Shown: positions 7,857-17,847 of the stretch, piece by piece
How the letters are laid out: every line of letters starts with the position of its first letter
How positions within the stretch are numbered: the stretch's first letter is position 1
NCBI GenBank assembly: GCA_039591655.1
Contig: JBDHDE010000009.1
Span: 1-64,000 of the forward strand
Direction: 5' to 3'
Source: Gemmatimonadota bacterium
GTDB lineage: Bacteria > Gemmatimonadota > Gemmatimonadetes > Gemmatimonadales > GWC2-71-9
DNA: 64,000 nucleotides
Program-made: the position numbers and the translations under genes
Notes under the pieces: model-generated
Seen by the model: the letters and a program-made list of their open reading frames with translations, nothing else
What the model was told of the DNA's origin: nothing
The model's database searches: none

Positions 7857-9116
7857 ATGACCGTCGAGACCAGCGAGATCCAGATCACCAAGGTGGGCGA
7901 GGAGCCGGGCGTGGCGAACCTCAAGGTCGAGGTGGCGCTGCCCCGAGTCGAGGCCGCCGAGCAGAAGGCGACCGCCCTGTACCAGCGGCGGGCCAAGCTC
8001 CCCGGATTCCGGAAGGGCAAGGCCCCCCTCGCGGTCGTCCGCAAGATGTACCGTGATGCCATCCGCGAGAGCGTGATCCGGGAACTGGTCGAGGACACAT
8101 GGAAGACCGCGGTGGAGCAGGAGCAGCTCAAGCCCATCGCCGATCCCCGGGTGCGCGACCTCAAGTTCGAGGAGGGCTCCCCGGTGACCTTCCAGCTCCA
8201 GGTGGAGATCAAGCCCGAGATCGCCCTGGGCCGTGTGGGGGGCTTCCGCCTGAAGCGCCGTTTGCCGCCCGTGACCCACGAGATGGTCGAGAACCAGATC
8301 GAGGAGCTGCGCCGTCAGAAGGCACCGTGGGTACCCGTGACCGGAGGGCGTCCCGCCAACGGCGAGCTGGTCTCCGTGAGCATCGCGACCTTGACCGACG
8401 GGGAGCCCGAGGAGACCAAGCAGTATCAACTCCTGCTGGGATCGGGCCAGGCCATCCCTGACCTGGAAGAGCGGATCATGGAGCTCACGCCAGGGGACAC
8501 GACGGACGCCACGGTCCGCTACCCGGACGACTTCCCGGACGAGACGAAGCGAGGGCAGACCCGTGCGGTCCGCATCACCCTCCACGAACTCAAGCGCCTG
8601 GAGCTGCCCGAGCTCAGCGACGACCTCGCCCGGGAGTTAGGCGACTTCGACTCGGTAGCCCAGCTTGAGGGCGCCGTCCGGGAGGATCTGGAGACGCACG
8701 CCAAACGGGAGGCGGATGCCGAGGTGCGGCGCGAGCTGATCGACCAGGTCATCGCCGCCAACGGCGTCACCGCCCCGCAGCCTCTGGTGCAGCGGCTGCT
8801 CAGCGCTTACGCTCAGGCCTACGAGGTGCCCGACGCCCAGCTTGAGAAGTTCGCCAAGGACTTCGGCCCCGTGGCGGAGCGGCAAGTACAACGGGATCTA
8901 ATCCTCGACCATGTGGCGGAGCGGGAGAGCCTCACCGCCACCGAGGAGGATGTGGATCGGCGGGTGGCGGAGATCGCCGAGCGCCGCAAGGCCGAGCCCG
9001 GACAGGTCTACGCCTCCCTGCAGAAGGCGAACCAACTACGCGAACTCGAGCGGAGCCTGACCGAAGAGAAGGTCTTCGGCTACCTGCTGGAACAGTCCAC
9101 CGTGACCGATGAGTGA
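7857..9116 (+). CDS. tig: trigger factor
   Basis: PGFRKGKAP ribosome-binding motif, FKBP-like middle domain, upstream of clpPX. Confidence 0.95.
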   Translation: MTVETSEIQITKVGEEPGVANLKVEVALPRVEAAEQKATALYQRRAKLPGFRKGKAPLAVVRKMYRDAIRESVIRELVEDTWKTAVEQEQLKPIADPRVRDLKFEEGSPVTFQLQVEIKPEIALGRVGGFRLKRRLPPVTHEMVENQIEELRRQKAPWVPVTGGRPANGELVSVSIATLTDGEPEETKQYQLLLGSGQAIPDLEERIMELTPGDTTDATVRYPDDFPDETKRGQTRAVRITLHELKRLELPELSDDLARELGDFDSVAQLEGAVREDLETHAKREADAEVRRELIDQVIAANGVTAPQPLVQRLLSAYAQAYEVPDAQLEKFAKDFGPVAERQVQRDLILDHVAERESLTATEEDVDRRVAEIAERRKAEPGQVYASLQKANQLRELERSLTEEKVFGYLLEQSTVTDE

Positions 9117-9135
9117 GAGGCATCACGACATACCT

Positions 9136-9750
9136 ATGGCACAGATCTTCCCTCCCTACGTAATCGAGCGCTCCAGCAGGGGGGAGCGCACCTACGACAT
9201 CTTCTCCCGGCTGTTGATGGACCGCATCGTGTTCATGGGCACGCCCATCAATGATGACGTGGCGAATGTCATCATCGCCCAGCTTCTCTTTCTGGAAGCC
9301 GACAATCCCGAGCGGGACATCTATCTGTACATCAACTCCCCGGGCGGGATCATCTCGAGCTCGTTCGCTATCTACGACACCATGCAGCACATCCAGGCAC
9401 CGGTGAACACGATCTGCATGGGCATGGCGGCCTCGGCGGGGTCGTTCCTGCTGGCAGCTGGCGCGGAGAACAAGCGCGCCGCGCTGCCCCACGCCCGGAT
9501 CATGATGCACCAGCCGTCGGGCGGATATCAGGGCACCGCGGCGGACATCGAGATCCAGGCGAAGGAGATCCTGTACCTCCGCAACAAGCTCAACGAGCTG
9601 TACTCGGTTCACACCGGGAAGCCCGTCCTGGAGATCGAGACCGACATCGATCGGGACCGCTTCATGTCGGCGGAGGAGGCACGGGACTACGGGATCATCG
9701 ACAAGGTGATCCAGAAGCGGGCCGAGTTGGAAACCCCCAAGTCGTCTTGA
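9136..9750 (+). CDS. clpP: ATP-dependent Clp protease proteolytic subunit
   Basis: [26 protein letters not shown]; alternative start at 9109. Confidence 0.97.
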   Translation: MAQIFPPYVIERSSRGERTYDIFSRLLMDRIVFMGTPINDDVANVIIAQLLFLEADNPERDIYLYINSPGGIISSSFAIYDTMQHIQAPVNTICMGMAASAGSFLLAAGAENKRAALPHARIMMHQPSGGYQGTAADIEIQAKEILYLRNKLNELYSVHTGKPVLEIETDIDRDRFMSAEEARDYGIIDKVIQKRAELETPKSS

Positions 9751-9775
9751 CGAAAGGACTTGCGGGCCCCATACT
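9747..9775 (+). promoter_or_regulatory. sigma70-type promoter for clpX
   Basis: TTGACG-17 bp-CATACT. Confidence 0.5.
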
Positions 9776-9799
9776 AGCGGCAGCCTGATAGGCAACCGA

Positions 9800-11050
9800 A
9801 TGCCTCAAGACAAGCACCTGCGCTGCTCGTTCTGCGGAAAGTCGAAGGACGCCGTCCGGAAGTTCATCTCCGGCCCGTCGGTCTACATCTGCAACGAGTG
9901 CATCGCGCTCTGCAACGAGATCCTGGCCGAAGACGAGGAACGGGAGGTCGCCGAGGCGATCACGCAGGTGCCCACGCCTGCCGAGATCAAGGCCGTGCTG
10001 GACGAGTACGTGATCGGACAGGAGCGGGCAAAGCGGGTGCTCTCGGTCGCAGTCTACAGCCACTACAAGCGCATCAACTCCGAATCCCTCCGCAGCAACG
10101 AAGTCGAGCTCGAGAAGTCCAACATTCTCCTGCTGGGTCCGACGGGAGTCGGCAAGACGCTCCTGGCGCAGACGCTGGCGCGGATTCTAGACGTGCCCTT
10201 CACCATCGCCGACGCCACCACGCTCACCGAGGCGGGCTACGTAGGCGAGGACGTCGAGAATATCCTGGTGCGGCTGCTGCAAGCCGGTGATTTCAACGTC
10301 ACCGAGTGCGAGCACGGCATTGTTTACATCGACGAGCTCGACAAGATCGCTCGGAAGAGCGAGAACCCGAGTATCACGCGGGACGTGTCGGGCGAAGGGG
10401 TGCAGCAGGCTCTCCTCAAGATCCTGGAGGGCACCGTGGCCTCGGTGCCGCCCCAGGGCGGTCGCAAGCACCCGCAGCAGGAGTACATCCAGATCAATAC
10501 CAGGAACATCCTGTTCATCTGCGGTGGCGCCTTCGACGGACTCGACAAGATCATCGAGGCCCGCACGGGACGGCGCCAGATCGGGTTCAGCAAGGAGGAA
10601 GTGGAAGCCGGCAAGGCGGAACAGCTGCAGAAGAACCCCTACCTCGACGTCGAGCCCGACGACATGCTCCGCTACGGACTGATCCCCGAGCTCGTGGGAC
10701 GACTCCCAGTGAACGTCGCGCTGGACTCGCTCGATGAGGAGTCCCTCGTACGGATTCTGCTCGAGCCCAAGAACGCCCTGACGAAGCAGTACAAGAAGCT
10801 GTTCGAGCTGGAGAACGTGGGGCTCACGTTCGAGCCAGACGCCCTCCGTGCGGTCGCACAGCACGCAACCAGGCGCGGCACGGGCGCGCGGGGACTGCGG
10901 GCGTCTCTCGAGGATGTCATGACCGACATCATGTTCGATCTCCCGGGCCGGGACGACGTTCATGAGGTCGTCATCACCAAGGAATGCATCAAAGACGGCC
11001 GGCCGCCGCTCGTGGTCACCGAGGGGGCCCGCGTGAAGAAAGAGGCCTGA
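9800..11050 (+). CDS. clpX: Clp protease ATP-binding subunit ClpX
   Basis: CSFCGK zinc finger, [19 protein letters not shown] loop. Confidence 0.98.
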   Translation: MPQDKHLRCSFCGKSKDAVRKFISGPSVYICNECIALCNEILAEDEEREVAEAITQVPTPAEIKAVLDEYVIGQERAKRVLSVAVYSHYKRINSESLRSNEVELEKSNILLLGPTGVGKTLLAQTLARILDVPFTIADATTLTEAGYVGEDVENILVRLLQAGDFNVTECEHGIVYIDELDKIARKSENPSITRDVSGEGVQQALLKILEGTVASVPPQGGRKHPQQEYIQINTRNILFICGGAFDGLDKIIEARTGRRQIGFSKEEVEAGKAEQLQKNPYLDVEPDDMLRYGLIPELVGRLPVNVALDSLDEESLVRILLEPKNALTKQYKKLFELENVGLTFEPDALRAVAQHATRRGTGARGLRASLEDVMTDIMFDLPGRDDVHEVVITKECIKDGRPPLVVTEGARVKKEA

Positions 11051-11634
11051 CGAACGTCACCTTCATCGGCAGCTTCCCGGCTGCCGATTTCCACGTCCGG
11101 CCCATCCTACCCGAAGTCGCGTTCCTGGGCCGCTCCAACGTCGGCAAGTCGTCGCTGATCAACGCCCTGGTGGGACGCAAGGCCCTCGCCCATACCAGCA
11201 AGACACCCGGGAAAACCAGGACGTGTAACGTGTATAACGTCGAGGAGCGGTTCTACCTGGTGGATCTCCCGGGATACGGATATGCCCGGGCCGCAAAGGC
11301 CGAGCGCCGCAGTTTCCAGGCGCTGCTGCGCGGGTATCTTTCCACCAGGGAGACCCTGGCTGGCGTCGTCTGGCTGCTCGACGCGCGCCGCGATCCGTCG
11401 GCCGAGGACCGCACCATGGCCGGCGAGCTGGCCGGGCGTGGCGTTCCCACGCTGGCCGCCATCACCAAGGCCGACAAGGTGGCGCGGGGCAGACGGCGTG
11501 ACCGTGTCAGTGCGATCCTGGACGCCGTGGAGCTCGAGGAGGAGCAATGCATCGTAACCAGCTCGCGCACCCGCGAGGGCATGGAGGATCTGCGGGACGC
11601 GATCAACGGGCTCATCGACCGGGGTGGCCCATGA
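11047..11634 (+). CDS. engB: ribosome biogenesis GTPase YihA/YsxC
   Basis: [23 protein letters not shown]; start uncertain (CTG at 11047). Confidence 0.92.
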   Translation: MTNVTFIGSFPAADFHVRPILPEVAFLGRSNVGKSSLINALVGRKALAHTSKTPGKTRTCNVYNVEERFYLVDLPGYGYARAAKAERRSFQALLRGYLSTRETLAGVVWLLDARRDPSAEDRTMAGELAGRGVPTLAAITKADKVARGRRRDRVSAILDAVELEEEQCIVTSSRTREGMEDLRDAINGLIDRGGP

Positions 11635-12245
11635 GCCGCGCGCTTCCGTGGAGCCTCGCGTGCCTCGTGCTCGCCGGCCCGCTGCTGGCCCAGCAAGATC
11701 CCGCACCGGGCTTGCTGGATACGCTGCCCCCGGTGGGGTACGGGACGCTGGGACAGGGGGATGTGGCGCTGCGCCTGTCCACGGAGCTCTACGACATCCA
11801 GATCATGCCCCTGCACGAGGGCATCATCCGGCTCATGGCGCCGGACACCTACGCATCGTTCCACCGCCTCCTGGAGTCCCGAGCGCCGGAGCTGGCTGAG
11901 AGCGCCGCACGGTTCGGGGTGCGCGATCCGACCTACTTCCTGGTGACGTTCTTCGGCAGGCAGCAGAACGCGCGGTTCTCACCCGACCTCCTCACTGTCA
12001 CGAGCCAGAACCAGGTGTTCCGGCCCGTGTCGATCCTCCCCCTCACCCCCTTGTGGAGCGGCCAGCAGCTGAACCAACGCGAGACGGCGAGGGCGATCTA
12101 TATGTTCGCCGACGGGATCCGCCTGGAGAACGAGTTGACGGTCTCCTATGACCGGTTCGCGACGAGCGCGTGGGCCACGATCATCCGGACCCTGGACCGG
12201 GAGTGGTCGTCCGTGCAGGCACGGGCGGCGCGGGAGAACCCGTAG
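11631..12245 (+). CDS. hypothetical secreted protein
   Basis: ATGA overlap with engB; signal peptide ending LLA-QQ. Confidence 0.75.
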   Translation: MSRALPWSLACLVLAGPLLAQQDPAPGLLDTLPPVGYGTLGQGDVALRLSTELYDIQIMPLHEGIIRLMAPDTYASFHRLLESRAPELAESAARFGVRDPTYFLVTFFGRQQNARFSPDLLTVTSQNQVFRPVSILPLTPLWSGQQLNQRETARAIYMFADGIRLENELTVSYDRFATSAWATIIRTLDREWSSVQARAARENP

Positions 12246-12373
12246 AGCTCACCGGCCACGCCACACACCTCAGCAAGAGGCCCTCTCATCGAACCCGCGA
12301 GAACCTGGTGTCGCCGCACACCTTGTGCGCTAGACTAAATTCCGAGTGTGATGATCGCAGTTGAGATGCGCGC

Positions 12374-13204
12374 ATGGTGCACCGACCGCTCCGCAAGCTG
12401 ACGCTCCCCGGCGCCCCGAAGCGCGAGTACGACCGCTGGCTGGGCGAGCTCGAGGACCGCCTGGCCAACCCGGCCTGCGACCGCGAGCTGCTGTGCCGCG
12501 AGACCCTCTTCGATCTGTACCACCCGGGCCTGGGCAACTACGACGACCTGATCGCCGATGCGGCAGTCTCCCCAGCCACCCGGGCGGCGCTCCTCGCCCT
12601 GGACCCGCGCCACATCACGATGGAGCCCGAGTACTACCATGAGATCGACGCCGAGCGGTACGCCCGGGTGAAGCCACTCCTCTGGCTGTGGCAGAGCTTC
12701 GATCGCTCTCCGTTGGGCGGCGGCAACGTGGATGTGGCCATACGCTTTCGCAGAATCCTCGCAAGGCACATCTTCAAGCAGTGTGGCCGGAACTTCAAAT
12801 GCTTCCAGTTCGTCGAGTTCTCGTTCGGCTACAACATGGAGGTCGGGGACGACGTGGTGGTTCATCGGCACGTCTTGCTCGACGACCGTGGCGGGATCGT
12901 CCTCGGCAACCGCGTATCGGTCGCGGATTACGCGAACATCTACAGCCACACACATGCCCTGGCCGACCAGCAAGACGTGACCGACGCAACCGTGGTTCTG
13001 GGCGACGGAGTGCGCATCACCTACCACGCCACCGTGCTGGCCGGTGTGCACGTGGGTGAGGAGGCCATCGTGGGCGCCGGCGCCGTGCTGACCAAGGACG
13101 CCAAGCCCTGGCACCTCTACCTCGGCGTGCCCGCCAAGCCCGTCCGGGTCAAGCCCAACGCCCCGCCCGAGATCACGGGCGCGCCACCGCAAGAGCCCAA
13201 GTGA
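12374..13204 (+). CDS. hexapeptide-repeat acyltransferase
   Basis: Left-handed beta-helix repeats (VVLGDGVRI, VGEEAIVGAGAVLTKD, GVPAK). Confidence 0.88.
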   Translation: MVHRPLRKLTLPGAPKREYDRWLGELEDRLANPACDRELLCRETLFDLYHPGLGNYDDLIADAAVSPATRAALLALDPRHITMEPEYYHEIDAERYARVKPLLWLWQSFDRSPLGGGNVDVAIRFRRILARHIFKQCGRNFKCFQFVEFSFGYNMEVGDDVVVHRHVLLDDRGGIVLGNRVSVADYANIYSHTHALADQQDVTDATVVLGDGVRITYHATVLAGVHVGEEAIVGAGAVLTKDAKPWHLYLGVPAKPVRVKPNAPPEITGAPPQEPK

Positions 13205-15306
13205 CGACGGTCCTGTGGATCTGCCTCGCCGTGGCCGCCCTGGCCGCTGCCTGGTGGCTCGGCACGCAGTGGGCTAGGGCCCGGGCCGCGCGGCGCGCCG
13301 AGCCGGCGCTGGCGGAGGCCCGATCGGAGCTCACCCGGCGCCTCAACGAGCTCTTCTCCCTTCAGGAACTCGCATACGTGCTCTCGGATTCCATCCACCT
13401 GGATCGCATCGCCGATCAGGTGGCGAAGTACGTGGAGCGGTTCGTGCCCTGCGACGGCGCCGCCGTCGTGATGGCCGGCGATCCGCCCGAGCGCCTGCAG
13501 GTCCTGGCGGCGGAGGGCACGCTCTCCCCCTTCATCGGTACCGAGACGAGCCTCCTCCAGGGCGCCGGTCTCATCGGGGCCGCCATGGAGGAAGAGACGC
13601 TGCAGATCGTAGAGCGGGAGGACCAGCAGCGCTCGGTGCTGTTCGGTGACGTCACGGCACGGCAGGCCGTGACGGTGCCGCTCCGGGCGCACGGCATGAC
13701 GGTCGGCGCAGTGGCGGTGGTGAAGGAGGGCACGGAGCCCTTCGCTCCCGCGGACCTGCGCCTGCTGTCCACCGTGGCCACCCACGCGGCCATGGCCCTG
13801 GCCAACGCTCGGTTCTTCTCCCTCGTGCACAGCGGCAAGCTCCAGTGGGAGACGACCTTCGACGCTCTCGCCGACGGTGTGGCCGTGGTGGATGAATCCG
13901 GACGCGTGAGGCGGGCCAACCGTGCCCTGGCCATCATGCTGGGGACGAAGCTGCCCGACATCATCGGCCTGGACCTCAGCGGTGCGCTCCTGGGCGACTC
14001 GCCGGAGCTCCGCGAGCTGTTGGAGCGCGCCCGGTCGGAGCGACCGTGCCCGCCCCTCACCGCCCGCTCCGCTACGCTGAACCGCATCCTCCGCATCGGT
14101 GCCTCCCCCATCTCCGCCACCGTGGCCCCGGGCTGGGTCGCAACCCTGATCGAGGACGTCACGGAGCAGAAGGAGCTGGAGGGACAGCTCATCCAGAGTG
14201 AGAAGATGGCTGCCGTGGGCCAACTGGTGTCAGGAGTGGCCCACGAGCTCAACAACCCACTGACGTCCATCGCCGGCCTCTCGGAGTTCCTGCTCCAGCG
14301 GCCCGAACCATCGCAGCGGGACCGGGAGCACGTCCGGGTGATCAACGAGCAGGCCGAGCGGGCAGCCCAGATCGTCCGCGACCTGCTGATGTTCGCGCGC
14401 AAGGGTCCCACCGAGGTGGCCGAGGTGGACCTGAACGACGTCACCCAGCGGGCGCTCTCCCTCATCAGCTACGAGGTGCGGCTCCGCAAGGTGGAGGTGG
14501 AGACCGATTTCGCCGACGGGCTGCCGCGGGTCCGCGGCGACCGGCATCAGATTCAGCAGGTGGTGCTCAACCTGCTCAACAACGCCGTGCAGGCGGTGGC
14601 GGTGCTGCCGCCGGAGCAGGAGCGCAACGTGCGGGTCAGCACGAAGCAGGAGGGCGGCCACGCCGTGCTGCAGGTAGCGGACTCGGGCCCTGGCATACCC
14701 GACGAGCTGCTGCCCAGGATCTTCGATCCCTTCGTGACGACCAAGGCACCCGGCCAGGGCACCGGCCTGGGGCTCTCCATCACCTACCGCATCGTGGAGG
14801 ATCACGGCGGCCGCATCGCGGTGGAGCGCGCCCCAGAGGGTGGCGCCCGGTTCGTCGTGACCCTTCCCCTCGAGCCGGCGAACGCTGCAGCGCCGCCCGC
14901 GCCCGACAAGGAATGCGACGAGACCGGCGCGGCCCGCACGCCCAGCGGGCGTCGCATCCTGCTGGTGGACGAAGATCCGGCGGTGCGCCGCATGATCGGC
15001 GTGTTGTTCGCCCAGGACGGTCAGGACGTCGAAGCGGCCCGGGACGCCCGGCACGCCGTGGGCCTGCTGGAGAAGCAGCCATGGGACCTCGTACTGGCGG
15101 ACGCGCGGGCCGCAGTGTCGGCCGGGGAGAGCTTCGCCGAGGTCCTCTGCTCACGCCACCCTGGCCTCAAGACCCGCACGATCTTCCTCACGGCCGACGT
15201 GCGGCCGGAGACGGAGGAGTGGCTCGGTGATCTGGGGTGCCGCTACTTCCGCAAGCCGTTCAACGTGAGGGAGCTGCGGGCGGCGGCGGCAGAAATCCTG
15301 CGCTAG
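13201..15306 (+). CDS. hybrid sensor histidine kinase (TM-GAF-PAS-HisKA-HATPase-REC)
   Basis: [10 protein letters not shown]-box, NLLNNA, DSGPG, GTGLGL, C-terminal receiver (LLVDED, KPF). Confidence 0.93.
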   Translation: MTTVLWICLAVAALAAAWWLGTQWARARAARRAEPALAEARSELTRRLNELFSLQELAYVLSDSIHLDRIADQVAKYVERFVPCDGAAVVMAGDPPERLQVLAAEGTLSPFIGTETSLLQGAGLIGAAMEEETLQIVEREDQQRSVLFGDVTARQAVTVPLRAHGMTVGAVAVVKEGTEPFAPADLRLLSTVATHAAMALANARFFSLVHSGKLQWETTFDALADGVAVVDESGRVRRANRALAIMLGTKLPDIIGLDLSGALLGDSPELRELLERARSERPCPPLTARSATLNRILRIGASPISATVAPGWVATLIEDVTEQKELEGQLIQSEKMAAVGQLVSGVAHELNNPLTSIAGLSEFLLQRPEPSQRDREHVRVINEQAERAAQIVRDLLMFARKGPTEVAEVDLNDVTQRALSLISYEVRLRKVEVETDFADGLPRVRGDRHQIQQVVLNLLNNAVQAVAVLPPEQERNVRVSTKQEGGHAVLQVADSGPGIPDELLPRIFDPFVTTKAPGQGTGLGLSITYRIVEDHGGRIAVERAPEGGARFVVTLPLEPANAAAPPAPDKECDETGAARTPSGRRILLVDEDPAVRRMIGVLFAQDGQDVEAARDARHAVGLLEKQPWDLVLADARAAVSAGESFAEVLCSRHPGLKTRTIFLTADVRPETEEWLGDLGCRYFRKPFNVRELRAAAAEILR

Positions 15307-17612
15307 GTCTCTCGCCGGGGGGTGATGCCCCGGGCGCGCAGCAAGACCGCCTGGAGGCGTGCCGAGAGGGCCCGGGCCCTGAAGGGTTTGGAGAGGTAGT
15401 CGTCGGCTCCCAGCTCGAACACCCGCACCTCAGCGTCCTCATCACCGTGGGCCGTCAGCACGACCACCGGGATGTCTTCCGTCGCCGGCCGGGACCGCAG
15501 GTGGCTCAGGACGCCGTACCCGTCCAGTCCGGGGAGGTTGAGGTCGAGGACGATGATGTCGGGGGCGTGCCGGTCCACCTGGTCGAGAGCCTCCACGCCG
15601 TCCGCCGCCTCCGCCACCTCGTATCCGTCGCGCTCCAGCAGGTCGCGCATCACGCGGCGGAGCTGGTCCTCGTCGTCCACCAGTAGGACCGTGGCATCGG
15701 GGCCGCGCCGCGGGTCGGGCTCGGGCGGCTCCAGCAGCTCGAAGGCGGCTCCCCCCATATCGGCAGCGGGCGAGGCACCGTCTCCATCCCCCTTGCTCAC
15801 GGTCTCCTTGACCGCCACCTCCGGCCCCGACGGCCGGCCCCTGCGGTCAGCTCCCCGCTTGCGCTTCGGCTCCGGCGGCGCGCCCTCGTCCCCCTGGGGA
15901 ACGTCCACCACCCGCAGCAGCTCGTCGATGGTGGACTCGCCCCGCAGCACGTGGGACACCCCGCTGTCCCACAGGGTCCTCATGCCTGCGCGGCGGGCCA
16001 CGTCGGCGATGCGGTCGGCCGTCTCGTTGGCGCCGATGGCCTTCTCGATCTCCGGGGTCACGCGCAGGATCTCCACGATGGAAAACCGCCCCCGGTACCC
16101 GGTCATGGCGCACTCGGGACACCCCACACCGCGGTACACCGGCGTGTCGCTCGGTATCCAGCGCTGGAGCTTGCGCGGTATCGCCTCCACCCAGACCTCC
16201 TTGCAGGTGGGGCAGAGCCGACGCATGAGGCGCTGGGCAACCACACCCCGCAGCGCGCTGGCAATCTTGAACGGCTCCATCCCGATGTCCACCAGCCGGG
16301 TCACAGCGTTGGGCGCATCGTTGGTGTGCAGGGTGGAGAGCACCAGGTGGCCGGTGAGAGAAGCCTGCACGGCGATCTGGGCCGTCTCCCGGTCGCGGAT
16401 CTCGCCCACCAGCACCACGTCCGGGTCCTGACGCAGGATGGAGCGCAGCGCCGCGGCGAACGTCAGACCGGCCTTGTCGTGCGTCTGCACCTGGACGATC
16501 CCCTGGAGCCGGTACTCCACAGGATCCTCCACCGTCACGATGTTCACACCCTCGCTCTGGACATGACGGATGGCGGAGTAGAGAGTCGTGGTCTTCCCGG
16601 ACCCCGTGGGGCCGGTGCACAGGATGATGCCGTCGCGGTTCTCCAGCAGCTCCTCGACCGCTTGGGACTCCTCGGAGTCGAGGCCCAGCTTGTCCAGCGA
16701 CAACACGGTGCGCGAGGAGTCGAGCACCCGGACCACCACCTTCTCGCCCAGCGAGGCCGGGAGGGTGGAGACCCGCAGGTCGACAGGGATGCCGTTCACC
16801 GCCACTCGGGCGCGCCCGTCCTGGGGGCGCAGCCGGTCGGCGATGTCGAGGCCGGAGATGATCTTGATGCGGGAGATCAGCGGGAGGCCCGCCGCTCGCG
16901 GGATCTTCATGACCTGCCGGAGCACGCCGTCGATCCGGTAGCGGACCGCAACACCGCCCTCCTCCGGCTCGATGTGGACGTCACTTGCCCTGGAGTTGAT
17001 GCCCTCGGAGAGGATGAGATCCACGAGGCGCACCACCGGCCGTTGGGAGGCCTCCTCGGCCGAGATGGTGAGCTCGTCGGCCTCAGCCTCCTTCTCGTCG
17101 AGCGTGGTGATCTCGTGCTCGCCGGTCTCCATCCCCTCCAGGAGCTGCTCGATCACGTTCTCGGGCCGGTAATGTTCGTCGATCTTGTCCCGGATGCTGG
17201 ACGGGCTGGCCAGCAGGATCCGCACTTCCCGCCCCGTGGCGAACGCGAGGGTCTTCTCGCAGTCGAGATCGAAGGGGTTGGCGGTGGCGATCTCGAGGTA
17301 CGAGTCGGTGATGCGGACGGGGAAGATCTGGTAGCGCCGGGCCACCTGCTCGGCGACCATCTCCCGAGCCTTGATGTCGCTCTGGGACAAGTCGGCGAGC
17401 TTCAGGCGGAACCGGGTGGACAGCTGGCTCAGGACCTCCTCGTCGGAGACGAGCTTCTGGCCCACCACGTCCTCCCACAGCGAGTCCTTGCCCTCCTCGC
17501 TCTCGCGCAGCTCCCCGAGCTTCTCGGTGCCGATCAGCTCTTCGACCGTCGGCACCAGCCACTCGTCCCTGTAGTGTCTAACGGTACACCTCCGGAAACC
17601 TATGCCCGACAA
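15303..17612 (-). CDS. GspE/PilB-family ATPase with C-terminal receiver domain
   Basis: ASDVHIEP, GPTGSGKTTT, TVEDPVEY, LRQDPD, LSTLHTN, CxxC pairs; REC VLLVDDE..VLDLNLP..DDYLSKPF; start uncertain. Confidence 0.92.
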   Translation of the reverse strand: MSGIGFRRCTVRHYRDEWLVPTVEELIGTEKLGELRESEEGKDSLWEDVVGQKLVSDEEVLSQLSTRFRLKLADLSQSDIKAREMVAEQVARRYQIFPVRITDSYLEIATANPFDLDCEKTLAFATGREVRILLASPSSIRDKIDEHYRPENVIEQLLEGMETGEHEITTLDEKEAEADELTISAEEASQRPVVRLVDLILSEGINSRASDVHIEPEEGGVAVRYRIDGVLRQVMKIPRAAGLPLISRIKIISGLDIADRLRPQDGRARVAVNGIPVDLRVSTLPASLGEKVVVRVLDSSRTVLSLDKLGLDSEESQAVEELLENRDGIILCTGPTGSGKTTTLYSAIRHVQSEGVNIVTVEDPVEYRLQGIVQVQTHDKAGLTFAAALRSILRQDPDVVLVGEIRDRETAQIAVQASLTGHLVLSTLHTNDAPNAVTRLVDIGMEPFKIASALRGVVAQRLMRRLCPTCKEVWVEAIPRKLQRWIPSDTPVYRGVGCPECAMTGYRGRFSIVEILRVTPEIEKAIGANETADRIADVARRAGMRTLWDSGVSHVLRGESTIDELLRVVDVPQGDEGAPPEPKRKRGADRRGRPSGPEVAVKETVSKGDGDGASPAADMGGAAFELLEPPEPDPRRGPDATVLLVDDEDQLRRVMRDLLERDGYEVAEAADGVEALDQVDRHAPDIIVLDLNLPGLDGYGVLSHLRSRPATEDIPVVVLTAHGDEDAEVRVFELGADDYLSKPFRARALSARLQAVLLRARGITPRRET

Positions 17613-17847
17613 CGAGATGGAGTCGCCGGGCGAATGGTTAAGATACGCCGTTCCAGGGGCGCCGACCAGGGGTTACATCACATTCCCGTACCATTGTTGG
17701 GCTTACGGGCCCGGCCCCGGACCCGCCCGCAGCCCCGATGGACGGCCGGCGCGAGTTGGCCCGGGGACCCGGGAATACCCCCACTTGCACTCGGGGTTCG
17801 CCCGCGGGGACCCCCAGCGGGCTCCCGGAGGTCGTGAGGGCCCCCAA

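Noticed and set aside
17700..17830. GC-rich GGGACCC palindromic patches upstream of the PilB-like gene
   Set aside because: Short, expected at this GC content, and with no consistent unit.
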